Shown here one piece after another: positions 10,394-22,017 of a DNA stretch of 64,000 nucleotides (the stretch's first letter is position 1; every line of letters begins with the position of its first letter). The stretch is from positions 10,987 through 74,986 of the forward strand of contig CAYPST010000007.1 in NCBI GenBank assembly GCA_964413425.1, read 5' to 3'. A program made the position numbers and the translations under genes. The DNA is from an uncultured bacterium. Lineage in GTDB: Bacteria > Fidelibacterota > JAANXI01. The notes below the pieces were generated by a model that ran no database searches, was not told where the DNA came from, and saw only the letters and a list, made by a program, of their open reading frames with translations.

Positions 10394-13300
10394 TTAAACC
10401 TGATTCGATATTTTAAATCCAGACCATATCGCTGTTCTTGATTTGTTTCAGTCACCAGATACCAATGATCCGACAGTTCATAATTAATCCGAATCCCCTG
10501 TTGGTTTGATTGACCGATGGAAGTGGAGTAAGTTAACGTGAGCCGGGGAGAAATACTTTTTGCCGCCGTGAAGGTAGGCGTATGTCGCCCGGAGAGCTGG
10601 AACAAATTCCCTTCGATTGCAACCCGGTCCAGATCAAAAAGCCGCCCTACTCTGTATTCAACCACAGAAGCGATCTTCTCACTTGAGATGCGACTCGCCT
10701 GTCTGATGAAAAATTGGCTTAAATTGCCTTCTCCGGAAACCCCGGAAAACTGATCTCGCGGACGCCCCACTGCCAGTATTCCCAGAATATCACTCTGGGT
10801 AAGCGACTCATTCGTGTGCGGCCTGGTTGCCGGTTTGGAAGCGAACCGGACCTGGGGATTTCGTAACGTATTGGTAATATTTAAAACTATTGTATAGTCT
10901 ATATCATCTACATTTTGATAGGCAGGGATAGTAGTCGTTGCCTGGATATCCAGTGTGGGATTCAGTTCCGGACCTCCCGTGAAAAGTACAGTTCCGTTTT
11001 CGATTTGAAAATTTCTCCCGACATATTTGATGTATCCCTTTTCTGCCACGATTCGTCCGGTAAATCGTGGCTGAAAGAGTGGACCGGTAGATTGCACATC
11101 CGCGGTAAAATCGAGTGAGGCCAGGTTATTATTCACTTTGATATTCTTTAATGCTTGTATGGCAACATTGAGCTGGATATTCTGGAACATCTGTTGTGGC
11201 AAGCGAGGCGGTCGTACCGTCCGAGTTCCGATGAAGGATAACGGCTGAAGGTTGTGAATTGGCTTCGTATAGGTGAAGGAGGCCACAATGATATTTCCGG
11301 TAAGTAATGAGGTTTGGCCGGAGGTGGTGGTGATACGGAGTTTGGATGGAGCGATAGTTATCGCCACCTCCCCCGGACGCGTCAGATCAAATTGTTCACT
11401 GTGCACTGTGATATCATATTGCAGTGGTGCGTGAGGTACTATATCAATGCTTCCTGATATAGTAAGAGGATTCTCATCGATATCGACGTGCATATTGATT
11501 AAACGTATTGTAGAGCCGGTGAAATCAGCCCGGAAATGTCCGTTCCGCAAGTGTTGTTCGAAGTACGGCAAGTCAGATTCAAATCCGGTTATTTCCACCG
11601 AGCCCTGTATACTGCTGCCTCCTGGGACGGTTTTCCGGTACGCCATGTCAGCGCTTAAATCTCCGGATATATTGTAATCTCTTCCGGAAAGGGCTCCCAG
11701 GGATTCCAGCGCGAATCCGCGCGCTTGCAGTGATAAAAATATCTCTTCGCCTATCAACCCCAATGAGAATGTGTCCAGGTCGAAGATGGCCGAGATATTC
11801 CCGGTGCCTCGTACGAATGAGGCTGCATTGGATACAAGCAGCGTATCCAGAACAAACTGCTGGTTACTGTAGTGAGAACGGAAATGAGCCTCAGGAAAAG
11901 CCAGCTCTCCGAAGGAGAGATTATCGGCTTGTCCGTTCATTATGAGCGTTGGTTTTTGTCGTGATCCGGATAACCGGAGGGAAAGGTTGAGCTGGCCTTG
12001 AATTTCTCGTGGTGTTTTGAGCATTGTTAAGAACTGTGATAAAGGTATGCTGGAGACAGAAAGATGACCTTCCAGAGAATCTGTTGCCTCATCATGATAC
12101 AAATTCACCCGGAAAGGCGCTGTTTCGTTAAAAGATCCCGATATCCCGGCCTGTAAATATTGACCTCTATCATACTCAAATTTACCATCAAGAGTGATCG
12201 AATAATCGTTTATATAGGTGGCAAACTGCCGTATCAGGGTACGTTCATTTTGAAATTCTATATGCAACTGCCCCCGTGACGTCTGCCATTTCCGGAGTGG
12301 ATTATTCAAGGCGATATCAGTTCCGCGGAGGCTCCCCTGAATATTCGGGGCTTCGAGTCCCCCGCTAAGATATACATCCGCATTGAGTCTTCCCGAGTTC
12401 GCACGGACAAGGGAGGTGAATTGATTGATTATGGAAATCGGAAAATTAGCGAGGGAGAAGGCAACAGACGCCGAGTCCCCGGACGATGATGCAGTGGAAT
12501 CGTTGTTTACGAGTGCAGAGAGTGGCAGTTGGCCTGTGATGGTCATGTTTCCGCTATCTGCTGCACACGCAAAGTGTCGTAGAGTAATTTGATTCTCTGA
12601 GTAGGCAACATTCCAGTCAATCTTCCAATCGAGAGGAGTCGGATTCATTGTTGGGAGAAGGTATCCCCGGCTGTTCAGAGAGAGTCGATTCTCAATGACT
12701 CCGGCCGCCTGGAAATCTGCCGTCAGTGCACCACTGGCAGTGTAGTTCTCAGGAATATGGTCCTGCAAGATCTGTAAAGGGATATCCAGCATCTGAACAG
12801 AGGCTGTGTCTGACTCCCGAGCATAAAAGATACTGATTTCACCGGCGGGCCGAACATATATCTTTCCTTGAAAATCGGGTTCCAGGGTCCCTTTCCCGGT
12901 AATATCGATTGGATAACTCTGATATCTGAATGCAAGTTTCCGAATCTCAAATTGTTTGCCCTGAAAGATGATCTCTCCGTTGAGTGCTTCCACAGGCGGT
13001 TTGGTATCCTGCCATTGGACGTATCCGGAATCAATACGAATCCCGCCGGTTATACTCGGTCTATCATAGTAACCAGTAATTCGAACAGACGGCGTGATTG
13101 TACCATCGACATCCCAGGAGGGAGGAAGAAACGGGTTCAGAAGATCAATGGGCCAATTATGCCCGGAAGCCTGAACATCTAGAACATTACTTGAATCGAA
13201 TGGCAGGAATCCCCTGATTTCTGCAGCAATTGTTCGTGTTCGTGATACAGCCATCCCTCGTTCCACTGTTATCCCCTCTTTTTGTACCGAATAATCCAGG

Positions 13301-15237
13301 GATGCCGAATCAATGGACGTAAGACCGAATCGAACTCCCTGCACCGAAAGGTTCCCTCCGCCAGTAATCGAATCAGGAGTCATCAGAAGGTTATTTTTTG
13401 AATTGACTATTCCCTGCAGGTCATATTTCATCCGGGGAATGACCGCACCCCACCTGCTCAACGATACATTGGATATATCAAGTGAGCTCTGAAGTGATTT
13501 ATCGAATTTACTTGATATTCTAAGAAGAATCTTGCCGGATAGGGGGCGATCGGTATCCGGTTGTGGAATCGCCGGTTCATCTACTACAAGCTCCGCAGAC
13601 AGGGAAGGCGAGAATCGGACCTTGCCCGAAACCTGCGCGGGTGTTAACGAACTGACAGCCAACTCCCCCTCATCCAAGATGAGTGTATCTCCTTGCCATG
13701 CGTAAGCCAACTGAATATCTACCGGCAGTTCCATGAATCGATAATTCAGATGAGCCTGCATCCTGCCCGATAATTTGATGGGATCGCCCTGATCCCCAAT
13801 TGTTCCCTGGAATGTTGAAGAGAGTCTCGGAGTGAAGGCGGTGCTGATGCCGGTATTTATCTCTGAAATATCTGCCAGCTGAAGCGTTCCGGTAAATTCC
13901 ATTGGCCAGTCACATCTCCCCACCAAAGCAATCCGGTTCACATCAGCCGGCGTTCGCTGGATGACTTCCAGCCTTATTTCTCCCCCCCGTATGCGGAAAT
14001 CAGCCAGTACGTGTGATAATTCGTGTACATTATATTGTGGTTTAACGAGCAGTATCCTCCCCTGTCCCGCAGCTCGGGATAAATTTTCATACGGGATCAT
14101 GCCTGAAAAGCGGATCTCTACCGGTGTGTCAAGCGGGTAATTCTCCATACGAAGCATCTGTTGAACATATTCAGTTGAGGAGAGGAAGGAGACCACATCG
14201 AGCCGGATGAATTTCTGCTGCCAATCAAAGGTACCGTGCAGTCGTATTGTATCCAGTCCGGACGGAAGCTCCGTATAGAATTGCGAGATCTGCAGACTAT
14301 CGGTGCTCCCTGAAAATTCCGCCCGGAGATTCTGCACTTGTAATGTATCGAATACAGCACCCGGAGCCTGGACTTTCCCCCGATAGGCTATCTCTGCGGG
14401 AGTAATATCCACGCTTCCCTGGAGGGAGAGAGAATCAGTATGCAACTTTTGCTTCAAGGCTTCCGGTAGAAACACCTTCAGGAAATCGGTGAAGTCCCTG
14501 GCAAGGTGAGCCTCTACATCCCCACGAACGGCATTTCCCCCAGCCTGTGATTCTATAGAACCGGATGATCGGAGCTTCGAAGTTGGACTCTGTAACATGA
14601 GATTCGAGATGGACAAACCCGACGACGAATGCCTGCCATAAACTTCAAGGGTGGCCTGGTTTATCACCGAAGATTTGTACGCAACAGAATCCAATGACTG
14701 AATACTGGTATGGAAAGTGTCACCGACGGCATAGTGAACATCCGTTCCCTTTAATCGAATATACAGCGGAAGTTCCGGATGAGAATAGGTCAGATTGGCA
14801 TCAACTACCTGGATGTATCCGAGCTGGAATTTCCATCCTCTGCCTCCTCCAATCCCTGTCGCAGAAGATTTTTGTCCCGAAAAAGCTTTCAGCATCCGGT
14901 TATTGAGCGTAATATCCAGGGACGAAGAGATCAGTGAATCAATTTGGACTGTGGTGCGAAAGAGCGGAAAAAGACTATAATTAATTGAGATTCTATTGAT
15001 ATATGCACTTCCGCCGGTTGCATCATCCCGGATACGAATCGTAATTAAACTTGCTTTTGACACATAATTGGTTACCAGTTTCTCGATGGCAATCTCATAT
15101 CCGGTTGCGTCTTCAGCGGCGGTGATGATTTTCGACAATACATAGGATTTCCCGGACGCGGAATACAACCACAGGATCCCGGCTATGAGTGCAACCAGGA
15201 CTGCTCCTATTACACTAATTATCATCCGACGCTTCAT
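10390..15237 (-). CDS. tamB: Translocation and assembly module TamB-like protein
   Basis: 1615 aa; N-terminal anchor, beta-rich repeats and a DUF490-like C-terminus ending GLDLKYRIRFK; overlaps the Omp85 gene. Confidence 0.82.
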   Translation of the reverse strand: MKRRMIISVIGAVLVALIAGILWLYSASGKSYVLSKIITAAEDATGYEIAIEKLVTNYVSKASLITIRIRDDATGGSAYINRISINYSLFPLFRTTVQIDSLISSSLDITLNNRMLKAFSGQKSSATGIGGGRGWKFQLGYIQVVDANLTYSHPELPLYIRLKGTDVHYAVGDTFHTSIQSLDSVAYKSSVINQATLEVYGRHSSSGLSISNLMLQSPTSKLRSSGSIESQAGGNAVRGDVEAHLARDFTDFLKVFLPEALKQKLHTDSLSLQGSVDITPAEIAYRGKVQAPGAVFDTLQVQNLRAEFSGSTDSLQISQFYTELPSGLDTIRLHGTFDWQQKFIRLDVVSFLSSTEYVQQMLRMENYPLDTPVEIRFSGMIPYENLSRAAGQGRILLVKPQYNVHELSHVLADFRIRGGEIRLEVIQRTPADVNRIALVGRCDWPMEFTGTLQLADISEINTGISTAFTPRLSSTFQGTIGDQGDPIKLSGRMQAHLNYRFMELPVDIQLAYAWQGDTLILDEGELAVSSLTPAQVSGKVRFSPSLSAELVVDEPAIPQPDTDRPLSGKILLRISSKFDKSLQSSLDISNVSLSRWGAVIPRMKYDLQGIVNSKNNLLMTPDSITGGGNLSVQGVRFGLTSIDSASLDYSVQKEGITVERGMAVSRTRTIAAEIRGFLPFDSSNVLDVQASGHNWPIDLLNPFLPPSWDVDGTITPSVRITGYYDRPSITGGIRIDSGYVQWQDTKPPVEALNGEIIFQGKQFEIRKLAFRYQSYPIDITGKGTLEPDFQGKIYVRPAGEISIFYARESDTASVQMLDIPLQILQDHIPENYTASGALTADFQAAGVIENRLSLNSRGYLLPTMNPTPLDWKIDWNVAYSENQITLRHFACAADSGNMTITGQLPLSALVNNDSTASSSGDSASVAFSLANFPISIINQFTSLVRANSGRLNADVYLSGGLEAPNIQGSLRGTDIALNNPLRKWQTSRGQLHIEFQNERTLIRQFATYINDYSITLDGKFEYDRGQYLQAGISGSFNETAPFRVNLYHDEATDSLEGHLSVSSIPLSQFLTMLKTPREIQGQLNLSLRLSGSRQKPTLIMNGQADNLSFGELAFPEAHFRSHYSNQQFVLDTLLVSNAASFVRGTGNISAIFDLDTFSLGLIGEEIFLSLQARGFALESLGALSGRDYNISGDLSADMAYRKTVPGGSSIQGSVEITGFESDLPYFEQHLRNGHFRADFTGSTIRLINMHVDIDENPLTISGSIDIVPHAPLQYDITVHSEQFDLTRPGEVAITIAPSKLRITTTSGQTSLLTGNIIVASFTYTKPIHNLQPLSFIGTRTVRPPRLPQQMFQNIQLNVAIQALKNIKVNNNLASLDFTADVQSTGPLFQPRFTGRIVAEKGYIKYVGRNFQIENGTVLFTGGPELNPTLDIQATTTIPAYQNVDDIDYTIVLNITNTLRNPQVRFASKPATRPHTNESLTQSDILGILAVGRPRDQFSGVSGEGNLSQFFIRQASRISSEKIASVVEYRVGRLFDLDRVAIEGNLFQLSGRHTPTFTAAKSISPRLTLTYSTSIGQSNQQGIRINYELSDHWYLVTETNQEQRYGLDLKYRIRFK

Positions 15238-15354
15238 GAATTTTCCATCAGTAGATGCTTGTAACCATTACAATACAGTAACGGAAACGTCCTGTAATTC
15301 TGAACGTAAACTGCTACTGCGAGACCAAACGCGTCAAAAAACGCGATCCCCGGT

Positions 15355-15687
15355 TTAAGGTGATTTGGTTTCCTCGGCCAACCAGTCGAGATACTCTTTG
15401 GAGCCCTCCACGATAGGCAACGCGATTATCTCCGGCGTTTCATAGCTATGCAGCTTCCGGACTTCTTCGACAATCTGATGAAACACAGACCGACGACTCT
15501 TCGCGATGAGAAGCACTTCGGATTCGTGTTCAACGTTCCCTAGCCATTGAAAGATAGAATTCACCCCAGGCAGAATGTTTCCGCAGGCAATGAGGTGTTG
15601 TTGGACCAGCGATTCGGATATTGTCTCGGCTTCCGATGTATCTTTGCAGGTGATAAATAGTACGATGGGTTGGTAGTCATTTAACAT
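15355..15687 (-). CDS. cutA: Divalent-cation tolerance protein CutA
   Basis: LIACGNI, SIFQW and HSYETPEIIALPI..G...YLDWL motifs. Confidence 0.93.
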   Translation of the reverse strand: MLNDYQPIVLFITCKDTSEAETISESLVQQHLIACGNILPGVNSIFQWLGNVEHESEVLLIAKSRRSVFHQIVEEVRKLHSYETPEIIALPIVEGSKEYLDWLAEETKSP

Positions 15688-16022
15688 GTGAGGTGTAATG
15701 CAGCTCCTGTCTGCTCTTTGTTACTGGAATTATAAAGTTCACAGGCTTGATTCGTCCTGGTAGCGACAAACTCGACGCCCTGTTCACGCAGCCATTGCCG
15801 GGTAGATTCCGGGACGTTCACTCTCCCGTACTTTCCTGTCCCGATAATGAGTTTTGAGGGCAGGTTGGGCAGGTAACTTTCCAGGTCCGCAGGAATTAAA
15901 AAATGCCCGGACTCCCGCCACCAATTATCGATGAGAGTCTGAGGGTGCATGATCACATCGTTTGTATATACCGTCCCATCGATTTCAATGCGTTTGAATC
16001 GATAAGAATCGATGTGTGCCAC
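15681..16022 (-). CDS. Mth938-like domain protein
   Basis: IDSYRFKRIEIDG, LIIGTG and C-terminal GAALHLTC. Confidence 0.85.
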   Translation of the reverse strand: MAHIDSYRFKRIEIDGTVYTNDVIMHPQTLIDNWWRESGHFLIPADLESYLPNLPSKLIIGTGKYGRVNVPESTRQWLREQGVEFVATRTNQACELYNSSNKEQTGAALHLTC

Positions 16023-16098
16023 GGTTCATGCAGCTCCTTCCACTCTCATTTTCCCGGCGAACTGTACAGGCGCTGATCCTGAAATCAGCTCCATTGCC

Positions 16099-16320
16099 CT
16101 ATTCTCGCTGGGACCAGTTTTGCGGCAGAATAAAAATGATAGCACACACCACAGCATCGGCAATTAAGATGGTGCCGATAAATGCGAAGTGTCCGGTGCG
16201 GCCCCAGAAGAAATCAAGAGAATTAGTGCCATAGATAAACATTATCAGCACAAAGGCCAGGAGATTCAGGAAAAACATCGCCGCACTCAGCGCCTGCATT
16301 GCCCATTGGGTACGATTCAT
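16099..16320 (-). CDS. Small two-TM hypothetical membrane protein
   Basis: 73 aa with two hydrophobic segments; co-oriented with its neighbours. Confidence 0.45.
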   Translation of the reverse strand: MNRTQWAMQALSAAMFFLNLLAFVLIMFIYGTNSLDFFWGRTGHFAFIGTILIADAVVCAIIFILPQNWSQRE

Positions 16321-16460
16321 ACCGGTACTTTCTGGTTTTCCTCATATTCTGTCAAATTTAATATACGAATCCTGGCCACTTCTGAAAACGCAAAATCATC
16401 ATTGGAAGAACAGGAAATCGAATAATAATGGTGGAAACGGATCGCGTCTGGCAGGACACC

Positions 16461-19400
16461 TCAGGTGTGGACAAGGTCTTGTTGATAATGTTCCTGCAGG
16501 GAGCGGACGACACGTTTATCATTCCGGCGGAGAGCACGCACCGAGGCTTGCGCTCCGGAGAGCGTGGTAATGGTCAGGATACCCTTTCGTATGGCGGCTT
16601 TCCCGATAGCTTCTTCATCATAACGCGATTGCGGACCGAGCGGCGTGTTGATCACCAGGGTGATTTCGCCGTTCTTAATGCCATCGACCACATTGGGCCT
16701 TCCCTCTCCTACTTTGTAGATGGTTTCCGCCTGAATTCCATTGCGGCGAAGTGCCCGTGCGGTGCCGGAGGTCGCGATGATGTCAAAACCCATCTCGCGA
16801 AAATCTCGAGCGACTGGAATTATCCCCAGTTTGTCATTGTCATTGACGGAAACAAAGACTTTGCCGGACGCAGGCAGTGAGTTACCTGCAGCAATAACCG
16901 CGCGGGCGAACGAATCGGCAAAGGTGCCGGAAATCGCCATGGCTTCCCCGGTGGATTTCATCTCCGGCCCCAGATAGACGCGTTCATTCGGAAACTTGTT
17001 GAATGGTAACACTGCTTCCTTCACTGAGACCCGGTTACCGGAATCCCAGGAGGCCAGATGAAAGTCGCGCAATTTCTTCCCCGCTGCCAGCTGCGCAGCG
17101 ATTTTGGCCAGCGGAATATTGGTGGCTTTGCTCACGAACGGCACAGTCCGGCTGGCCCGCGGATTTGCTTCCAGTATATACACCTGGCCATCCTTATAGG
17201 CAAATTGCAGGTTCACCAGGCCCACCACTTCTAATTTCAAGGCAATTTGTCGGGTGATTTCGGTGATTTCTTCCAGAGCCCGGGAAGTAATCATGTAGGG
17301 CGGTAATACACAGGCGGAATCGCCCGAGTGAATGCCCGCCTCTTCAATATGCTGCATAATGCCGCCGATATGCACCGCTTCGCCGTCAGAGAGCCCGTCA
17401 ACATCAAATTCGAAGGCATCCTCAAGAAACGCATCGATATAGATGGGATGCTCGGCAGTCACATCGGAGGCTCGTGACAGATAATCCACCAGCTGATCGG
17501 TGGAGTACACGATTTCCATCGCCCTGCCGCCCAGCACGTAACTGGGCCGGACTAACACCGGATAGCCGATATTTTCGGCGACCTGAATCACTTCTTCCAG
17601 GGTTTTTCCGGTGCCGTAATCAGGCCGGGCCACACCGATCTCATCCAATAATTTCCCGAATTTTTCTCGATCCTCGGCCAGATCAATATGCCTGGGTGAC
17701 GTCCCGGCAATCGGTACACCGGCATCCTGCAGGGCATTTGCAATTTTTAGCGGCGTCTGGCCACCAAACTGCACCAGAACTCCATCGGGCTGTTCCAGCT
17801 CCACAATGTTCATGACATCTTCGAAGGTAATGGGTTCAAAATACAGCCTGTCAGCCAGATCGTAATCGGTGGAGACCGTTTCGGGATTACAGTTCACCAT
17901 AATGGTTTTGTTCCCCATCTCCCGCAAACCAAACACCGCCTGAACGCAGCAGTAATCAAACTCGATACCCTGGCCGATACGGTTCGGGCCACCGCCCAAA
18001 ATCATGTAGGTATTGCTACCGAGAGGTTCGACTTCATTCTCCTCTTCAAAGGTTGAATAGCAGTATGGTGTTTTTGCAGAAAACTCCGCTGCGCAAGTAT
18101 CGACCACCTTGTAGGTAGTGCGCAGATCATATTTCAAGCGCAGTGCCCTGACATCAGATTCAGATTCACCAGTTTTGCGAGCAATCTGCCTATCCGAGAA
18201 ACCGTTCTGTTTCAGAAATTTGAAGTGCTCGGGACCGAGATTATCCGGGATCTCAATAGTCGCCAGCTGCTGAATATGCCGCAGGAACCAGGGATCAATT
18301 TTGGTGAGATTGTAGACTTCCTCTACACTCTTTCCTTCCTGAAACGCATGCCAGATTTTCAACAATCGGAATGCCGTGGGGAACCGGAGCTTGGTCATAT
18401 CCAGATATCGTTTTCTCGATATCCCGGATTCCAGTTCTTCGCTCTCTTCATTTTCGGAGGGCTTTTTGGGCTCCAGACCGTCCAGGCCCACTTCCAGAGA
18501 ACGGAATGCTTTCTGCAGAGATTCCCGGAATGTCCGCCCGATCGCCATGACTTCTCCCACCGACTGCATCTGCACTCCAAGATGGCCTGATGCGGAAGGA
18601 AATTTTTCAAAGTCGAATCTGGGGACTTTGGTGACAACATAATCGATGGTCGGCTCAAAGGCTGCCAGAGTCTGTCCAGTGATATCGTTGGGCAATTCAT
18701 CCAGCGTATATCCCACTGCCAGCTTGGCAGCTACCTTGGCAATGGGAAAACCGGTTGCTTTCGAGGCCAGTGCCGAAGAGCGGCTCACCCGGGGATTCAT
18801 CTCGATAATCACCATCCGTCCGGACTCCGGATCGACAGCGAACTGCACATTCGATCCGCCTGTTTCAACGCCAATAGTCCGAATACACAGAAGTGCCCAG
18901 TCCCGCATCTGCTGATACTCTCGATCCGTTAAGGTCATGGCAGGTGCGACGGTGACTGAATCGCCGGTATGGACTCCCATGGGATCGACATTCTCAATGG
19001 AGCAGACGATGATCGCATTATCCGCTTTATCCCGGATAACCTCCAGTTCGTATTCCTTCCACCCCACCAGGTTTTCTTCTATCAGTACTTCTGTGATAGG
19101 ACTCTGGGATAATCCGGAATCCACCAGATCCTCGAATTCTTCGGCGTTATAGGCGATGGATCCGCCAGTGCCTCCCAGAGTGTAGGACGGACGGATAATC
19201 ACCGGGAACTGCATCGAGGTAAGCAAGTCTTTCGCTTCCGCCATGGACCCGACAAATCCGCCCTGGGCCGTATCAATTCCCGCAGCATCCATGGCATCTT
19301 TGAAGCGTTCCCGGTCCTCGGCTTTCTCAATGGCGGAAATCTGCGCCCCAATGAGCTCGACACCATATTTATCCAGGATGCCCTGATTCTGCAGATCAAC

Positions 19401-19697
19401 CGCCAGGTTCAAGGCCGTTTGTCCTCCAACGGTTGGCAAAATGGCATCCGGACGCTCCTTCTCGATGATATCAGTGACGTAATCTACGGTCAGTGGTTCA
19501 ATGTACACCGCATCGGCTAAGTCCGGATCGGTCATAATGGTCGCCGGATTGGAATTCACCAGGATGATCCGGTACTGCTCATCTCGCAGCGCCCGGATCG
19601 CCTGGGTGCCGGAATAGTCAAATTCACAGGCCTGTCCGATTACTATGGGACCGGCTCCAATAATTAGAATGGAATCAAGATCTGTTCGTTTTGGCAT
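16461..19697 (-). CDS. carB: Carbamoyl-phosphate synthase large subunit
   Basis: Starts [27 protein letters not shown]; duplicated ATP-grasp domains and C-terminal MGS domain; 1078 aa. Confidence 0.99.
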   Translation of the reverse strand: MPKRTDLDSILIIGAGPIVIGQACEFDYSGTQAIRALRDEQYRIILVNSNPATIMTDPDLADAVYIEPLTVDYVTDIIEKERPDAILPTVGGQTALNLAVDLQNQGILDKYGVELIGAQISAIEKAEDRERFKDAMDAAGIDTAQGGFVGSMAEAKDLLTSMQFPVIIRPSYTLGGTGGSIAYNAEEFEDLVDSGLSQSPITEVLIEENLVGWKEYELEVIRDKADNAIIVCSIENVDPMGVHTGDSVTVAPAMTLTDREYQQMRDWALLCIRTIGVETGGSNVQFAVDPESGRMVIIEMNPRVSRSSALASKATGFPIAKVAAKLAVGYTLDELPNDITGQTLAAFEPTIDYVVTKVPRFDFEKFPSASGHLGVQMQSVGEVMAIGRTFRESLQKAFRSLEVGLDGLEPKKPSENEESEELESGISRKRYLDMTKLRFPTAFRLLKIWHAFQEGKSVEEVYNLTKIDPWFLRHIQQLATIEIPDNLGPEHFKFLKQNGFSDRQIARKTGESESDVRALRLKYDLRTTYKVVDTCAAEFSAKTPYCYSTFEEENEVEPLGSNTYMILGGGPNRIGQGIEFDYCCVQAVFGLREMGNKTIMVNCNPETVSTDYDLADRLYFEPITFEDVMNIVELEQPDGVLVQFGGQTPLKIANALQDAGVPIAGTSPRHIDLAEDREKFGKLLDEIGVARPDYGTGKTLEEVIQVAENIGYPVLVRPSYVLGGRAMEIVYSTDQLVDYLSRASDVTAEHPIYIDAFLEDAFEFDVDGLSDGEAVHIGGIMQHIEEAGIHSGDSACVLPPYMITSRALEEITEITRQIALKLEVVGLVNLQFAYKDGQVYILEANPRASRTVPFVSKATNIPLAKIAAQLAAGKKLRDFHLASWDSGNRVSVKEAVLPFNKFPNERVYLGPEMKSTGEAMAISGTFADSFARAVIAAGNSLPASGKVFVSVNDNDKLGIIPVARDFREMGFDIIATSGTARALRRNGIQAETIYKVGEGRPNVVDGIKNGEITLVINTPLGPQSRYDEEAIGKAAIRKGILTITTLSGAQASVRALRRNDKRVVRSLQEHYQQDLVHT

Positions 19698-20828
19698 TTA
19701 ATTCGAATGGTCTCTCATGAGTTCAATGAATTCATCAAACAGGTATCGGGAATCATGCGGGCCCGGGCTGGCCTCCGGATGATATTGCACGGAAAATGCC
19801 GGGATATCCTTGCAATAGAGCCCTTCCACTGTGTTATCGTTCAGATTCATGTGAGTAATTTCAATGTTGGAAGGGACACTGGCGTCATCAACGGCAAATC
19901 CATGATTTTGACTGGTGATTTCAACCTTGCCGGTCCGCATATTCCTTACCGGGTGATTGATACCCCGATGCCCGAATTTTAGCTTAAATGTTCTGGAGCC
20001 CACCGCATGGGCCAGAAGCTGATGGCCCAGACAGATACCAAATATCGGTTTCTTTCCAAGGAGTCGTTCAAGGGTCTTAATCGCATAGGTTACTGCTGCC
20101 GGATCTCCGGGACCATTCGAGAGGAATATCCCGTCTGGATCCATGGCAAGAATTTCCTCCGGGTTGACATCCGCCGGGAAGATGGTAATGTCGCAATGAC
20201 GCTGAGTGAGCAGGCGCAGTATATTATGCTTTATCCCGTAATCGATCGCAGCCACCCGCCATTCCGGGCGAGAATCCGAACCGCCGTTCGAGACCATACC
20301 CGGTGAATCCCAGCGATGTTTCTGGCGGCAGGTCACCTCCATACAGAGATCCAATCCCTTCATACCTGGCGCTCGATTCAACTTCTCCCGAAGGCTCTCG
20401 AGATCGAAATCGTCGGTAGAGATGATCCCGTTCATTGCGCCCTCTTCACGAATATGCCGCACCAGTGCACGGGTATCGACCCCCTGGATTCCGACCACAT
20501 CATACTCTCGTAGATAGTCACCGATACTCATCGTCGCCCGCTGGTTTGATGGGATCACGGTTTCTTCCCGAATCACAAAACCGGCCACCTGAATTCCCCC
20601 GGATTCGATATCGTCGGGATTCACACCATAGTTCCCGATATGCGGGGTCGTCATGGTCACAATTTGTTTATGGTAGGATGGATCGGTTAAGATTTCCTGA
20701 TATCCGCTCATGCCGGTGTTAAAGCAGACTTCACCGATAGCCTCCCCTCGGGCACCGAAGGCCTGTCCCCGGAAAATTCGTCCGTCATCCAACAGCAGTA
20801 TGGCTGGTTCGTACTCCAGAGATGCCAT
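19698..20828 (-). CDS. carA: Carbamoyl-phosphate synthase small subunit
   Basis: GEVCFNTGMSGYQE, LSNGPGDP, GICLGHQ and QYHPEASPGPHD. Confidence 0.99.
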   Translation of the reverse strand: MASLEYEPAILLLDDGRIFRGQAFGARGEAIGEVCFNTGMSGYQEILTDPSYHKQIVTMTTPHIGNYGVNPDDIESGGIQVAGFVIREETVIPSNQRATMSIGDYLREYDVVGIQGVDTRALVRHIREEGAMNGIISTDDFDLESLREKLNRAPGMKGLDLCMEVTCRQKHRWDSPGMVSNGGSDSRPEWRVAAIDYGIKHNILRLLTQRHCDITIFPADVNPEEILAMDPDGIFLSNGPGDPAAVTYAIKTLERLLGKKPIFGICLGHQLLAHAVGSRTFKLKFGHRGINHPVRNMRTGKVEITSQNHGFAVDDASVPSNIEITHMNLNDNTVEGLYCKDIPAFSVQYHPEASPGPHDSRYLFDEFIELMRDHSN

Positions 20829-21018
20829 GTTCGTTTCTCTTTATTTTTTCCATTCCGGTAAACTATAAAAACTTCATCTCACCGACAACCGGAATTCCGG
20901 CCCATCGTGACGGTCTTCCAATCGCTTCCGCATTGTGATTTTTCGTCGATGCTTTATCCGAATATTCCAGAAAAAATCCAGCCTGTCTGGTGCGGATAAA
21001 CTTCACTCCAGCAGCGCT

Positions 21019-21513
21019 TTACCCGGATTCCTGTTTCACAGCCCATGCTGGTTGAATATCTTCAATGGTAAAGGAAAGATGCTTATCAGGTTTTTTGATT
21101 TCTACTTTCTCTCCTACTTCCTTCCCCAGCATTGCTCTGGCCAGCGATGATTTATAGGTCATTATATTCGGGTAATTCTCCAATTCATACTCAGCCGGCC
21201 CAACCACACAATATTCCAGGCATTCACCGCTCTTGTTGTCTTTCAGGGTCACCGCTGTGCCGAAAGAGACCGCTGCCGTATCGATGTCTTCCTCATCGAA
21301 GATCTCCACGTTCATATACTGCTCTAATTGCTTTAATTTATAATGGAGCATACCCTGTCGTTCTCTCGCAGAGTCGTACTCTGCATTTTCCGATAAATCA
21401 CCAAAACTGGCTGCCTCGGAAATATCTTCCGAATTCGCTTTGATCGTTTTCCGCAGTTCATTTATCTTTGCACGAAGTTGTTGATGGGTGTCCCTCATAA
21501 TGGCTATCGGCAT
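21019..21513 (-). CDS. greA: GreA/GreB-family transcription elongation factor
   Basis: GDLSENAEYDSA acidic-tip motif and C-terminal S.LARAMLGKEVGE. Confidence 0.85.
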   Translation of the reverse strand: MPIAIMRDTHQQLRAKINELRKTIKANSEDISEAASFGDLSENAEYDSARERQGMLHYKLKQLEQYMNVEIFDEEDIDTAAVSFGTAVTLKDNKSGECLEYCVVGPAEYELENYPNIMTYKSSLARAMLGKEVGEKVEIKKPDKHLSFTIEDIQPAWAVKQESG

Positions 21514-21763
21514 GTCATTTCTCCTCTCATAATTGCCGCAGAATTATTTATAAAAGGCATAAATCCAATCAAGGATAACTATTGAATTTCTTTCTCTCAA
21601 TTATCGTTTGATAAGATACATACTCCCTCCCGTTTCTGCAATGGAAAGCATGGATCACCAGGCCATTTACCTTGCAGAGAACATAGCACTGAACCTCGCA
21701 GCAAATCGAGGTGTCCGACACCACATTTCCGGAAAAATCCTTTCGAAAATAAAGTATTACTTT

Positions 21764-22017
21764 GAGTCTATTTAGAAAACGCCTCGCCCGAAGGGATGCT
21801 ACGAAGTCCCGGAAGGTCCAAGGGACTCCTTCGGAGGATCCCGTTGGGGGAGTCTCTTCGAGGCCTTTGGCAAAGAGATCCCGTGACGACGGGACAAAGA
21901 ACCAATGAATAATTGTCTCCTGTATCCCGAAAAACATGTGGGAACTATGTTCTGCATATACTCCATGGAAGCCGGGCGCAACAGTCTGTAGAGACTTACT
22001 GTTTTCTAAACACTCTC
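21764..22017 (+). mobile_element. MITE-like element, copy 1 (141-bp core plus 113 nt of nested hairpin modules)
   Basis: TIRs GAGTCTATTTAGAAAAC / GTTTTCTAAACACTCTC; perfect 8-bp flanking duplication ATTACTTT at 21756-21763 and 22018-22025. Confidence 0.88.

Noticed and set aside
21569-21981. Short ORFs over MITE copy 1 (and similar ones at 23480-23701, 24965-25156, 56673-56864, 59525-59750)
   Set aside because: The shared RRFLNRL / SLFRKRLA peptides are just translations of the TIR.
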